Assembly (NCBI GenBank): GCA_964432845.1
Contig: CAYSPE010000003.1
Coordinates: 7,422-71,421 of the forward strand
From: an uncultured Bifidobacterium sp.
GTDB lineage: Bacteria > Actinomycetota > Acidimicrobiia > Acidimicrobiales > Ilumatobacteraceae
Length of the DNA stretch: 64,000 nt
Reading direction: 5' to 3'
Of this stretch, positions 41,100 to 49,750 are shown one piece after another (within the stretch, counting starts at the first letter, position 1; every line of letters starts with the position of its first letter). The notes below the pieces were generated by a model. It saw only the letters and a list, made by a program, of their open reading frames with translations. It was not told the DNA's origin and did no database searches. Both the position numbers and the translations under genes were made by a program.

Positions 41100-41543
41100 A
41101 TGAACGTCATTCTTCGTGAAGACATTGCTGGCGTCGGACGCCGCGGAGACATTGTCACCGTTGCCGACGGACATGCTCGTAACTACTTGTTGCCACGCGG
41201 ACTTGCACTTGTTGCAACCGAAGGTGCAATCAACCAGGCAAATGCCATGCGTCGCGCTCGTGACCTTCGCGAAGCAGCTGACCGCGAGTCCGCTCGCACA
41301 GTTGCTGAGGCTCTTACCTCGAAGGCAATCACAGTGAAGGCAAAGTCGGGTAACGAGGGCCGTTTGTTCGGTTCAGTTACCACTGCCGACATCGCATCAG
41401 CATTGGCAGCACAGGCCGGAGTCACTCTTGATCGTAAGAAGATCGTGGCCCAGCCAATTCGCACCACCGGTTCTCATTCCGCTGTGGTTCGTTTGCACGC
41501 CGACGTTGAGTGCACCATCAAGATTTCGGTCGTGCCTGGCTGA
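41100..41543 (+). CDS. rplI: 50S ribosomal protein L9
   Basis: 147 aa starting MNVILREDIAGVGRRGDIVTVADGHARNYLLPRGLA. Confidence 0.95.
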   Translation: MNVILREDIAGVGRRGDIVTVADGHARNYLLPRGLALVATEGAINQANAMRRARDLREAADRESARTVAEALTSKAITVKAKSGNEGRLFGSVTTADIASALAAQAGVTLDRKKIVAQPIRTTGSHSAVVRLHADVECTIKISVVPG

Positions 41544-41564
41544 TCTCAGCCAGCGCGATTGCTC

Positions 41565-41628
41565 TTATCCACAGATGCGGGGCATTGTCCCCACCCTCAT
41601 CCACAAGGATTTCGCAGGGTTATCCACT
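41565..41628 (+). promoter_or_regulatory. Four co-oriented DnaA boxes upstream of dnaB
   Basis: Boxes: TTATCCACA 41565-41573 (perfect), TTGTCCCCA 41585-41593, TCATCCACA 41597-41605, TTATCCACT 41620-41628. Confidence 0.5.
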
Positions 41629-41669
41629 AGCAATTCACAGCCATTTGTCGGCAAGGTAGAGGTCCTTTT

Positions 41670-43067
41670 ATGAGCGACTATCCCGAGTTTTCCGACAGGC
41701 CTGAATTCAGTGACCAGCCAGCGCCTCGTCGCACGCCGACGCGTAGCGATAGTCGCATTCCACCGCACAACCTTGATGCAGAAGCATCGTTGTTGGGCGC
41801 CATGTTGCTCGATGCAGATCCTGTAGGTCTGGCAATCGAAAATCAATTGGAAGCGGGCGATTTTTACAAGCCAGCGCACCAACACGTTTTTGCAGCTATT
41901 CGATCATTGTCATCTGCTGCAGAAGCCATTGACGTTGTCACGGTGTCAGAAGAACTGCGCCGAGCAAATCATCTTGACGAATTAGGCGGGCTCAATTTCT
42001 TGCTCGACCTGCAAAACGCAACACCTTCCATCAGTAGTGCCGGTCGTTACATTCGCATTGTTCGTGATACGTCAACTTTGCGTCGTCTTATCAAAGGCGC
42101 AAGTGACATCGCTGACCTGGGCTATTCAGCACCAGCTGACATCAAAACGGTTATCGACCAAGCCGAACAAATTGTGTTCAACATTGGTGACGACCAAATG
42201 GTGGACTCTCTCAAGAAGTTGCATGACCTCACCGGCGAAGTAGCCACCATTTTGGAAAAGCGTTTTGACGCCGGCACCGACATCACAGGTATTCGAACGG
42301 GCTACAAAAAGCTCGATCAATTGTTGTCGGGTATGCAGCCCGGAACTCTGAACATTGTTGGTGCCCGACCTGCAATGGGTAAATCTGCATTCGCTTTGGG
42401 CATGGCAGTGAGTGCAGCGCGTACCTCGCATCGCCCCGTCATGTTCTTCTCCTTGGAAATGTCATCCACCGAACTCACGCAGCGAATTTTGTCTGCAGAG
42501 GCACAAGTCGATTCGGAACGTATGCGTAATGGTCAGTTGCAAGACGCTGACTGGACAAAGATCACCAACGCCATCAATCGTTTGGAAATCCCTTTGTTTA
42601 TTGATGACACACCGCAAATCACTGTGATGCAGATTCGCCAAAAACTGCGTCGCGTTGCATTGGCTGACGGCGCTCCAGCCATGATCATCATCGACTACTT
42701 GCAACTCATGGGCGGCGGAAACAATGAAAATCGTCAATTGGAGATTGCTGAAATTTCGCGCGGTCTCAAATTGTTGGCACGTGAATTTGAACTGCCCGTT
42801 GTTGCGCTGAGTCAGTTAAGTCGAAACATTGAGCAACGAGCCGATCGTCGACCACAGTTGTCAGACTTGCGCGAATCAGGCGCACTTGAACAGGACGCCG
42901 ACGTGGTGATGTTCTTGTATCGAGAAGATGCCTCGAACGCAGAAGTAAAGATGAACGATCGTGGCTTCGCCGATGTCACGGTTGCAAAACACCGTGCTGG
43001 TCCTACTGGCGATATTCGCCTCATCTTCAACAAGGCCTACACCCAGTTCGTTGACGAACCAGAGTGA
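41670..43067 (+). CDS. dnaB: Replicative DNA helicase DnaB
   Basis: 465 aa. PPHNLDAEASLLGAMLLD, Walker A GARPAMGKSAF, and SQLSR. Length is normal, so no intein. Confidence 0.95.
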   Translation: MSDYPEFSDRPEFSDQPAPRRTPTRSDSRIPPHNLDAEASLLGAMLLDADPVGLAIENQLEAGDFYKPAHQHVFAAIRSLSSAAEAIDVVTVSEELRRANHLDELGGLNFLLDLQNATPSISSAGRYIRIVRDTSTLRRLIKGASDIADLGYSAPADIKTVIDQAEQIVFNIGDDQMVDSLKKLHDLTGEVATILEKRFDAGTDITGIRTGYKKLDQLLSGMQPGTLNIVGARPAMGKSAFALGMAVSAARTSHRPVMFFSLEMSSTELTQRILSAEAQVDSERMRNGQLQDADWTKITNAINRLEIPLFIDDTPQITVMQIRQKLRRVALADGAPAMIIIDYLQLMGGGNNENRQLEIAEISRGLKLLAREFELPVVALSQLSRNIEQRADRRPQLSDLRESGALEQDADVVMFLYREDASNAEVKMNDRGFADVTVAKHRAGPTGDIRLIFNKAYTQFVDEPE

Positions 43068-43076
43068 TCTCAACGC

Positions 43077-43604
43077 CTATGCGTTTGTGGGCTGATGAAT
43101 GGTGATCTGAGCGTCTTGTTCAATCGCCGGCTTCTCTTCGTAAATCAATTCCGTCGCTCGCTTGATTTCTTCGGGAGTGAACTCGCGTAAGTCGTGACAG
43201 AACTCCACCGTGTTGCCATCGGGATCTTGCGTGTAAATACTGACGCAGAATCCATGATTTACTTCGGCCACAGTGTGACCGTGATTGGTCCAGTTCCTTC
43301 GGCGGTCATCCAAGAAGTCGCGCGTTGGTGCGTCATACGCAAAATGATTCACCCAACCGGGCATGCCAGCTAACTGATTCAAATTGGTGGGGTAACCATT
43401 CGGCCACTGTGCATCGTGCAAATCCCAGAACGCAATCATTCCTCGTGAACCAGTATCGAAAAATACGTGGCGTGCCCATCCCTCTTCTGAGCCTGGGATC
43501 GGACCAATGACGGTCTTGACCAAGGTGAACCCCATGACTTCTGTGTAGAACTTGTGGGTGGCCTGCAGATCTTTCGTAGCTAATGCAACGTGGTGAAATC
43601 CCAT
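43077..43604 (-). CDS. VOC (glyoxalase/dioxygenase) family protein
   Basis: 175 aa starting MGFHHVALATKDLQATHKFYTEVMGF. A second module lies around VNHFAY. Confidence 0.8.
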   Translation of the reverse strand: MGFHHVALATKDLQATHKFYTEVMGFTLVKTVIGPIPGSEEGWARHVFFDTGSRGMIAFWDLHDAQWPNGYPTNLNQLAGMPGWVNHFAYDAPTRDFLDDRRRNWTNHGHTVAEVNHGFCVSIYTQDPDGNTVEFCHDLREFTPEEIKRATELIYEEKPAIEQDAQITIHQPTNA

Positions 43605-43667
43605 GGGCAGAGTTTGACACGCCAGAATGCGCCCCCTGAACGGGACTGCACCGTTTAGCCTGAAGGA

Positions 43668-43874
43668 ATGTTCCTTGGTAAAGACCTCCTTGCGTATTTG
43701 GTGCTCGCACTGGGCGGAGCACTGGCAGTGGGGAACACGCTGGCCATTGTGAAACCGCCCGAAAAAACCAAGAGCGAGGGCGACCTAGAAAAAGCACCGG
43801 TGGGTCGCAGCATTGCCATGGCGGTGGTGGGTGCAGTAGCAGCACTCTGGGCGTTGGCCAGCCTGGTGAAGTGA
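43668..43874 (+). CDS. Small two-TM membrane protein, function unknown
   Basis: 68 aa with two hydrophobic helices separated by the charged loop KPPEKTKSEGDLEK. AAGGA lies directly before the ATG, which is tight spacing. Confidence 0.45.
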   Translation: MFLGKDLLAYLVLALGGALAVGNTLAIVKPPEKTKSEGDLEKAPVGRSIAMAVVGAVAALWALASLVK

Positions 43875-43899
43875 CCGACCCGCTCGTTACTTTTCACCC

Positions 43900-44250
43900 A
43901 TGGCATTTCAACAACCCAGCGGCTCACCCGCAACTGCACGGCAACTCGCCGAACTCATGTCGTTGCTCAACGCCGCCGGGCATACAGATTTTCGCGATGC
44001 GCGTGGGCCTATGGGGTTCACCCAACGTCAGGCAGGTGGCAAGTTCACACGCGATGAAGCTGATGCCTTTATTGCTCGGCTCCACGAAGAAGCCGAAATC
44101 AGTGAGGCTGCAGGGGATCTGCCCACCCCCGTTCAGCCATCGGCGCCCGCACCGAAAGTCTCCACCGCAGAAAAGTCAATAAAAAAAGTGCCGAGCGAGG
44201 TGCTGGCTGCCGAATTACAAAGCCGGGGCTGGATAGTGATGGAGCCCTAA
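43900..44250 (+). CDS. Hypothetical protein
   Basis: 116 aa with protein-like composition. No clear SD and no motif that I recognise. Confidence 0.5.
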   Translation: MAFQQPSGSPATARQLAELMSLLNAAGHTDFRDARGPMGFTQRQAGGKFTRDEADAFIARLHEEAEISEAAGDLPTPVQPSAPAPKVSTAEKSIKKVPSEVLAAELQSRGWIVMEP

Positions 44251-44302
44251 TTCGGCTTTATTAAGAGAGGTAGCCATAGGTGGCTTGGCTAGGGTTTCAC
44301 TC

Positions 44303-44866
44303 GTGATTCTTTCTGACCGAGACCTACGCACCGAAATCAATGGCGGCCGCATCATTATTGAGCCATTCGATGAATCTTGCGTGCAGCCAAGCAGTATCGA
44401 CGTAAAGGTTTCCCACCTTTTCCGGGTTTTCCGTAACCATTCCACTGCGGTCCTCGACGTGAAGAAGGACCTCACCGATCTCACCGAATTGGTAGAAGTG
44501 CCAGAGGGCGAAGCTTTCATGCTGCACCCAGGCGAATTTGCGCTCGGCTCAACACTGGAGCGGGTTGCTGTTCCCAACGACCTTGTGGCCCGCGTTGAGG
44601 GAAAGAGCTCATTAGGACGCCTTGGCCTTGTGATTCACTCCACTGCCGGATTCATTGACGCCGGCTTTGATGGCCACATCACCTTGGAATTGGCCAACCT
44701 GGCCAACCTGCCCATCACGTTGTATCCAGGCATGAAGATTGGCCAAATTAGCTTCATCAAAATGACCTCGCCCGCCGAGAAGCCATATGGCTCAGGCGCA
44801 AAGGGTTCGAAGTACCAGGGCCAGCGTGGGCCAACACCGAGCCGCTATTTCGAAAACTTTCAATAG
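44303..44866 (+). CDS. dcd: dCTP deaminase
   Basis: ORF 44285..44866 (TTG). The GTG at 44303 gives VILSDRDL, matching the usual N-terminus. Motifs [17 protein letters not shown] and GFDGHITLE. Confidence 0.9.
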   Translation: MILSDRDLRTEINGGRIIIEPFDESCVQPSSIDVKVSHLFRVFRNHSTAVLDVKKDLTDLTELVEVPEGEAFMLHPGEFALGSTLERVAVPNDLVARVEGKSSLGRLGLVIHSTAGFIDAGFDGHITLELANLANLPITLYPGMKIGQISFIKMTSPAEKPYGSGAKGSKYQGQRGPTPSRYFENFQ

Positions 44867-44881
44867 CGAAGTAGCCCCGTA

Positions 44882-46105
44882 ATGAACGAAGTCCATCAAT
44901 CTCACAAACTGTCGAATGTCTTGTACGACATTCGCGGGCCCGTACTCGTAGAGGCAAAGCGCCTTGAAGAGCAGGGCCATCGCATCATGAAGTTGAACAT
45001 CGGTAATCCACACCCGTTCGGCTTTGAAGCACCACCCGAAATTTTGGTGGACGTCATTCGTCATCTTCCCGAAGCACAGGGATATTCAGATTCACAGGGC
45101 ATTCGTTCGGCGCGCACAGCAGTGGTGCAGCACTATCAGAACCAAGGCATTGACATCACCGACCCTGATGATGTGTGGTTGGGCAACGGTGTGAGTGAAC
45201 TCATTCAGTTGTCATTGAACGCATTGCTCGACTCAGGTGACGAGGTGTTGATCCCGGCCCCTGACTACCCGTTGTGGACTGCTTCAACAAGCCTTGCTGG
45301 CGGTACTCCTGTTCATTACTTGTGTGATGAAGAGAACGAATGGAATCCGAACCTCGACGACATTCGCAGCAAAATCACCAATAAAACCAGGGCGATTGTT
45401 GTCATTAACCCCAACAACCCCACTGGTGCGGTCTACAGCAGAAAAGTGCTGCGCGAAATCGCAGAACTTGCAATTGAGCACAACCTTGTTGTTTTCGCTG
45501 ATGAGATCTACGACAAGATTTTGTACGACGATGCAGTGCACCACACATTTGCAGCTGTTGCACCCGACTGTTTGGTGTTCACATTCAACGGATTATCAAA
45601 GGCATATCGCCTTGCCGGTTTCCGTAGTGGCTGGATGATGATTACCGGCCCGCGCAAGCATGCCGAGAGCTATATCGAAGGCATCAACATGCTCACCAAC
45701 ATGCGCTTGTGTGCAAACCATCCAGCGCAATACGCCATTCAAACCGCACTTGGTGGACGCCAGAGCATCAAAGACTTGGTGTTGCCCGGTGGTCGTTTGC
45801 TCGCACAACGCGATGCGGCGGTGGAAGCACTCAATGCCATCCCCGGTGTTTCATGTGTGACACCCAAGGGCGCTCTCTATGTATTTCCGAAGCTTGACCC
45901 CGAGATGTACCCCATCAAGGACGACCGACGTTTCGTGCTCGACTTCTTGCGGGCCGAACACGTATTGGTGGTGCAGGGAACGGGCTTCAACTGGCCCACC
46001 ACCGACCACCTTCGAATCGTTACATTGCCCTGGGCCAAGGACTTGAAAGAAGCCATTGGCCGCCTCGGCAATTTCCTGTCCACGTACACACCACCCAAGG
46101 ACTAA
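44882..46105 (+). CDS. PLP-dependent aminotransferase (AlaA/AspC class I)
   Basis: 407 aa. KLNIGNP, NPNNPTGAVY, and the Lys motif FNGLSKAYRLAGFR. Confidence 0.9.
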   Translation: MNEVHQSHKLSNVLYDIRGPVLVEAKRLEEQGHRIMKLNIGNPHPFGFEAPPEILVDVIRHLPEAQGYSDSQGIRSARTAVVQHYQNQGIDITDPDDVWLGNGVSELIQLSLNALLDSGDEVLIPAPDYPLWTASTSLAGGTPVHYLCDEENEWNPNLDDIRSKITNKTRAIVVINPNNPTGAVYSRKVLREIAELAIEHNLVVFADEIYDKILYDDAVHHTFAAVAPDCLVFTFNGLSKAYRLAGFRSGWMMITGPRKHAESYIEGINMLTNMRLCANHPAQYAIQTALGGRQSIKDLVLPGGRLLAQRDAAVEALNAIPGVSCVTPKGALYVFPKLDPEMYPIKDDRRFVLDFLRAEHVLVVQGTGFNWPTTDHLRIVTLPWAKDLKEAIGRLGNFLSTYTPPKD

Positions 46106-46189
46106 AGAGGGACAAACGACACACCCTGTGTGGCTAGTTTGACTAACAAAGTTCAATTGTGCAGACGGATTTTCTAGTAAATTCGTCTA

Positions 46190-48766
46190 ATGCGAAAAAT
46201 GCGATTTTCACCAAGAAATCTCTTCAGAACGGCCAAGGCCGCCATTCTGGCTATTTCCCTTGTAGCAGCAGGCGCAACCGTTGCGCATGCCACCGACTCA
46301 ACCGGAAATATTGATACCACATGGGCGGGTGGCGGACTATTCGACGCCAACGTATTTGGTCAAGTGGCGGCATACGGATCAAAAGTCATTGCGTTGCCCA
46401 ACGACAAGACATTGCACCTCATGAAGATTGGTGCCGGCTCGGCCAACTATGGCTTCGGTTTGTTCCAACTCAACTCGAACGGCACTTTTGACACTTCGTT
46501 CTCCGCCGACGGCTGGCTCAAGGTTGGCCTTGCAGACGCGGGTCGCACCGTGAACAGCATCAACATGAGCACCGTACAAGTGTTGAGCGACAACTCCATT
46601 CTTGTTGTGGGTAGCTACTACATCAACTCCGGCGGCTTCGAGTTCGGCATCTTCTCGGCAAAGTTCGATAGCGCCGGAACTCCGGTGTCTGGATATGGAA
46701 CGAACGGTTTCTCGTTTGTCGACATCTACGGCGCATTTAGCAATGCAAACTGGGCAGCTTTTGAACCAGTTATTCACATTTCCTCGTCAGGGAAGATTTA
46801 CGCGTACTACGGCGAAAATGGTGAGTACTTCGTTCGTTTAACTGCTGCGGGAGCATTGGACACCACTTTTGCTACGGGCAACTACTACAAGGGTTTGTAT
46901 TTCAGTTCGCCGCTGTTCGCCAACGGAACGGTAAAAGTCAAGGCGTTCACCGTAAATGAATCGGCTAGCCCCATCACAGCCACTTTGTATGGCGTTGACC
47001 AAGGTACGAACCCCGTTCGCTCTAGTGCAGTGATGTACCGAGCAAAGTTCGGTACTACCACCACCGGCGGCGTGAGCATCATTGACGTTGACACGACATT
47101 CGCTGGATCTTCCAACTACGGCGGAACAACGACAAGTACCACTGGTTATTCACGTATTGACCTTGGTGGTTTTGGTTACCTCGGATCCCAAGTTGATTTC
47201 AGTTCATCTGGCTTCGCATACATTGCAGCCGGAATTGGATACAGCACCACCAACGTGATTGCGGCGTTCGATGTTTCCCAGCGAGTTCCTTACGCCTCTT
47301 TTGGAACAAACGCGGTCGTCAACATTTCTTCAACTGGCATTACTAACGTTCGCGCACTGAAGGTGATTGGTGTTGGACCAGACAAGATTGCTGTTGGTGG
47401 TGAAGACGGCAACTACAAACTGGTAGTTGCGAAGTATCTCCAAACAAACGGATCTCTTGATTCCACTTTCGGAACAGCTGGTATTGCAACACTCACAGCG
47501 TGTACGGCTTTCCACACCATGGGTGGCCTTGCGGTCACAACAAACGGTGCAGTGGTTGTGTCTGGATCCAGCGGATACAACGTTGGCGCGAACAACTATC
47601 AAATGCCACGTATCGCTCGTCTTGGTAGCGGCGGTACAACAACACAGTGTGGAACCACCACAACTACAACCACAACCACCATGCCCCAGGGCGGCGGTGG
47701 CGGCGGTGGCGGCGGTGGCGGCGGCGGAATCTTGGCAACCCCTGTAGCCACTGCAGTAGAAGTACCTGGCCAGGGAATCCGCGTTACCATCTCCAACCTT
47801 GTTGCTGGAGCGCACTTGTCGGTCATGACGTATCCGTCGGGAACTGTGCTCGGGCAAAATGCGACGGAGTATCCGTGGGGAGTAGAGGGAGCGACGGGTG
47901 TTACCTCGGTCCTTATTACCGAGACCCTCTGGATCCCAGCCAACTCGAATTCAATGACGCCAACAATCAGTCGTAGAACTCCACTTGCTGCGGGAACTAC
48001 GTATCTCGTGAAAGTGTCGCAAGCCACTGGAACATTGGCGAATCCCGGGCAGATGAGCATGCAGACGTCATTCTCCGTCACCTTGGGTACCAGTGTTTCG
48101 GCTTCCGCCACAACCACAACGGTGCCCGCGAAAGTAGGCGACTATGCAAATGCAGTTGCTGGAGTCACCATCACTGACGCAAAGGTGTACACCACAGCGC
48201 CAGCAAAGGTGTCAGCAGATTCTGCAATCAATGCAATGACCCCAACGGAAGCAAAGACCTACGACATTGTTTCGAAGACACCTTCTGTATGTCTGCCAAA
48301 CGATGACGACCTGGTCTTCCTTGATGACGGTAAGTGCATTGCCACCATCGTGAATGAAAAGACACGTGCAGTACTTCGTACTTTGAAGACCACTGTTGTG
48401 GCAACAGATATCAGCACCCTCAAAGTGGGTAACGAAATTGCGATTCTTTCTCCGCTGTACTTCGAGGCTGGTTCAGCCGATATGAAGCCATCATCAGAGA
48501 AGCGCCTCGTCAGCCTCCTTCCGCAAATCAAGAAGGCTGGCTCCATCTTGATTGCTGGTCACTCGGGCACCCTCATGGGTAACACTCCAGAGAATCAAGC
48601 TCTTTCGAAGAAGCGTGCCGCCAACGTGGTGACAGCTTTGAAGAAGTTGGGCGCAACTGCACCTACCGCAATTGCGGCAGTTGGTGCACTTGACCCTGCG
48701 AGCACCGGAACCTCAAAGGCAGCGCAGGACAAGAACCGTCGCGCAGTCGTTGTACTGATTCCGTAA
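46190..48766 (+). CDS. Large secreted repeat protein: signal peptide, about 7 delta-60-like beta-propeller repeats, poly-Thr/poly-Gly linker, Ig-like middle region, C-terminal OmpA-like peptidoglycan-binding domain
   Basis: 858 aa. Signal peptide ...AGATVAHA. Recurring G-x-[LF]D-[TS]-[ST]F motifs (GTFDTSFSADG, GALDTTFATG, GSLDSTFGTAG). TTTTTTTTT and G13 runs. C-terminus LYFEAGSADM...IAGHSG...LSKKRAANV...NRRAVVVL. Confidence 0.8.
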   Translation: MRKMRFSPRNLFRTAKAAILAISLVAAGATVAHATDSTGNIDTTWAGGGLFDANVFGQVAAYGSKVIALPNDKTLHLMKIGAGSANYGFGLFQLNSNGTFDTSFSADGWLKVGLADAGRTVNSINMSTVQVLSDNSILVVGSYYINSGGFEFGIFSAKFDSAGTPVSGYGTNGFSFVDIYGAFSNANWAAFEPVIHISSSGKIYAYYGENGEYFVRLTAAGALDTTFATGNYYKGLYFSSPLFANGTVKVKAFTVNESASPITATLYGVDQGTNPVRSSAVMYRAKFGTTTTGGVSIIDVDTTFAGSSNYGGTTTSTTGYSRIDLGGFGYLGSQVDFSSSGFAYIAAGIGYSTTNVIAAFDVSQRVPYASFGTNAVVNISSTGITNVRALKVIGVGPDKIAVGGEDGNYKLVVAKYLQTNGSLDSTFGTAGIATLTACTAFHTMGGLAVTTNGAVVVSGSSGYNVGANNYQMPRIARLGSGGTTTQCGTTTTTTTTTMPQGGGGGGGGGGGGGILATPVATAVEVPGQGIRVTISNLVAGAHLSVMTYPSGTVLGQNATEYPWGVEGATGVTSVLITETLWIPANSNSMTPTISRRTPLAAGTTYLVKVSQATGTLANPGQMSMQTSFSVTLGTSVSASATTTTVPAKVGDYANAVAGVTITDAKVYTTAPAKVSADSAINAMTPTEAKTYDIVSKTPSVCLPNDDDLVFLDDGKCIATIVNEKTRAVLRTLKTTVVATDISTLKVGNEIAILSPLYFEAGSADMKPSSEKRLVSLLPQIKKAGSILIAGHSGTLMGNTPENQALSKKRAANVVTALKKLGATAPTAIAAVGALDPASTGTSKAAQDKNRRAVVVLIP
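47690..47728 (+). repeat. In-frame simple sequence repeat (GGCGGCGGT)x3 + GGCGGCGGCGGA encoding Gly13
   Basis: 39 nt of perfect GGY codons, preceded by 9 Thr codons at 47654-47680. Confidence 0.9.
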
Positions 48767-48781
48767 TCACACCTTTCAATC

Positions 48782-48822
48782 GAAGGCCCCGTGCTTACCA
48801 ATGCGGTAGGTACGGGGCCTTC
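48782..48822 (+). terminator. Stem-loop after the large surface-protein gene (probable terminator)
   Basis: 11-bp stem GAAGGCCCCGT/ACGGGGCCTTC with a structured 19-nt loop, followed by GTCTATGTT. Confidence 0.6.
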
Positions 48823-48826
48823 GTCT

Positions 48827-49702
48827 ATGTTCGAACAGATGTCGAGCACCACAGTCACTCTCACCGGAACCGGAGTGCCACACGCAGCACCCGGTCGAGC
48901 AGGCGCGGGAGTTCTAGTTCGGTACAACGACATATCTCTTCAGTTCGATGCAGGGCGAGCAACTGTGCTCCGCATGATTGAGGCCGGGGTATCGCCAACG
49001 CATCTCACCGCGTTATTCGTCACCCACTATCACAGCGATCATGTGATCGATGTACCCGATGTGGTGTTGACACGTTGGGTACAACAGCACGTGCAGAACA
49101 CGGGACCACTCACCATTGTCACTCCACGTGGCTCTGCTTTGCGATACGTGGAACGAATGATGGATGCGTTTGATCACGACATTCATGTGCGACAGGAACA
49201 CACCAATGCTCAAGACTTGCGTATGAACATTGTTCCGTTCGATGCGACGTTTGCAGAGCAATTGGTGTGGACGAGCGATGGCGGTGAGGTAACTGTGCAC
49301 GCCGTAGCGGTTCATCACGAGCCCGTTCTTGATGCGGTGGCATACAAAGTAACTACACCCGACGGATCAGTTGTTATCTCTGGAGACACACGCGTATGTG
49401 CCGAAGTATTTGAATTGGCCAAGGATGCAGATGTGTTGGTACACGAGTCGTGTCGTACTCAAGCAATGGCCGCAGGAATCAAAGGCACTGCCTTTGAGAA
49501 CATTTTCGACTATCACTCTGATTCAGTAGTGCTCGGTGAATTTGCCGAGCGCTATGGCATCAAGCATTTGTTGCTCACACATCTCATTCCATCGCCCAGC
49601 ACGCCAGAGCAGGCGAGCAAGTTCGAGAGCGATGCACGTCAAGGTGGCTACACCGGCACCATCACGGTGGGCGAAGACCTCACCACCATCAACATCGGAT
49701 AA
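48827..49702 (+). CDS. MBL-fold metallo-hydrolase (RNase Z/ElaC-like)
   Basis: ORF 48791..49702; its first 12 codons lie within the terminator stem, so ATG 48827 (or 48839) is preferred. Motif THYHSDH. Confidence 0.8.
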   Translation: MFEQMSSTTVTLTGTGVPHAAPGRAGAGVLVRYNDISLQFDAGRATVLRMIEAGVSPTHLTALFVTHYHSDHVIDVPDVVLTRWVQQHVQNTGPLTIVTPRGSALRYVERMMDAFDHDIHVRQEHTNAQDLRMNIVPFDATFAEQLVWTSDGGEVTVHAVAVHHEPVLDAVAYKVTTPDGSVVISGDTRVCAEVFELAKDADVLVHESCRTQAMAAGIKGTAFENIFDYHSDSVVLGEFAERYGIKHLLLTHLIPSPSTPEQASKFESDARQGGYTGTITVGEDLTTINIG

Positions 49703-49706
49703 ATAG

Positions 49707-49739
49707 AAAAGCCCCGACGCCGAAGCGCCGGGGCTTTTT
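49707..49739. terminator. Bidirectional intrinsic terminator between convergent genes
   Basis: AAAAGCCCCG...CGGGGCTTTTT, with GC-rich stem arms flanked by an A-run and a T-run. Confidence 0.8.
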
Positions 49740-49750
49740 CGTGAAGGTAA

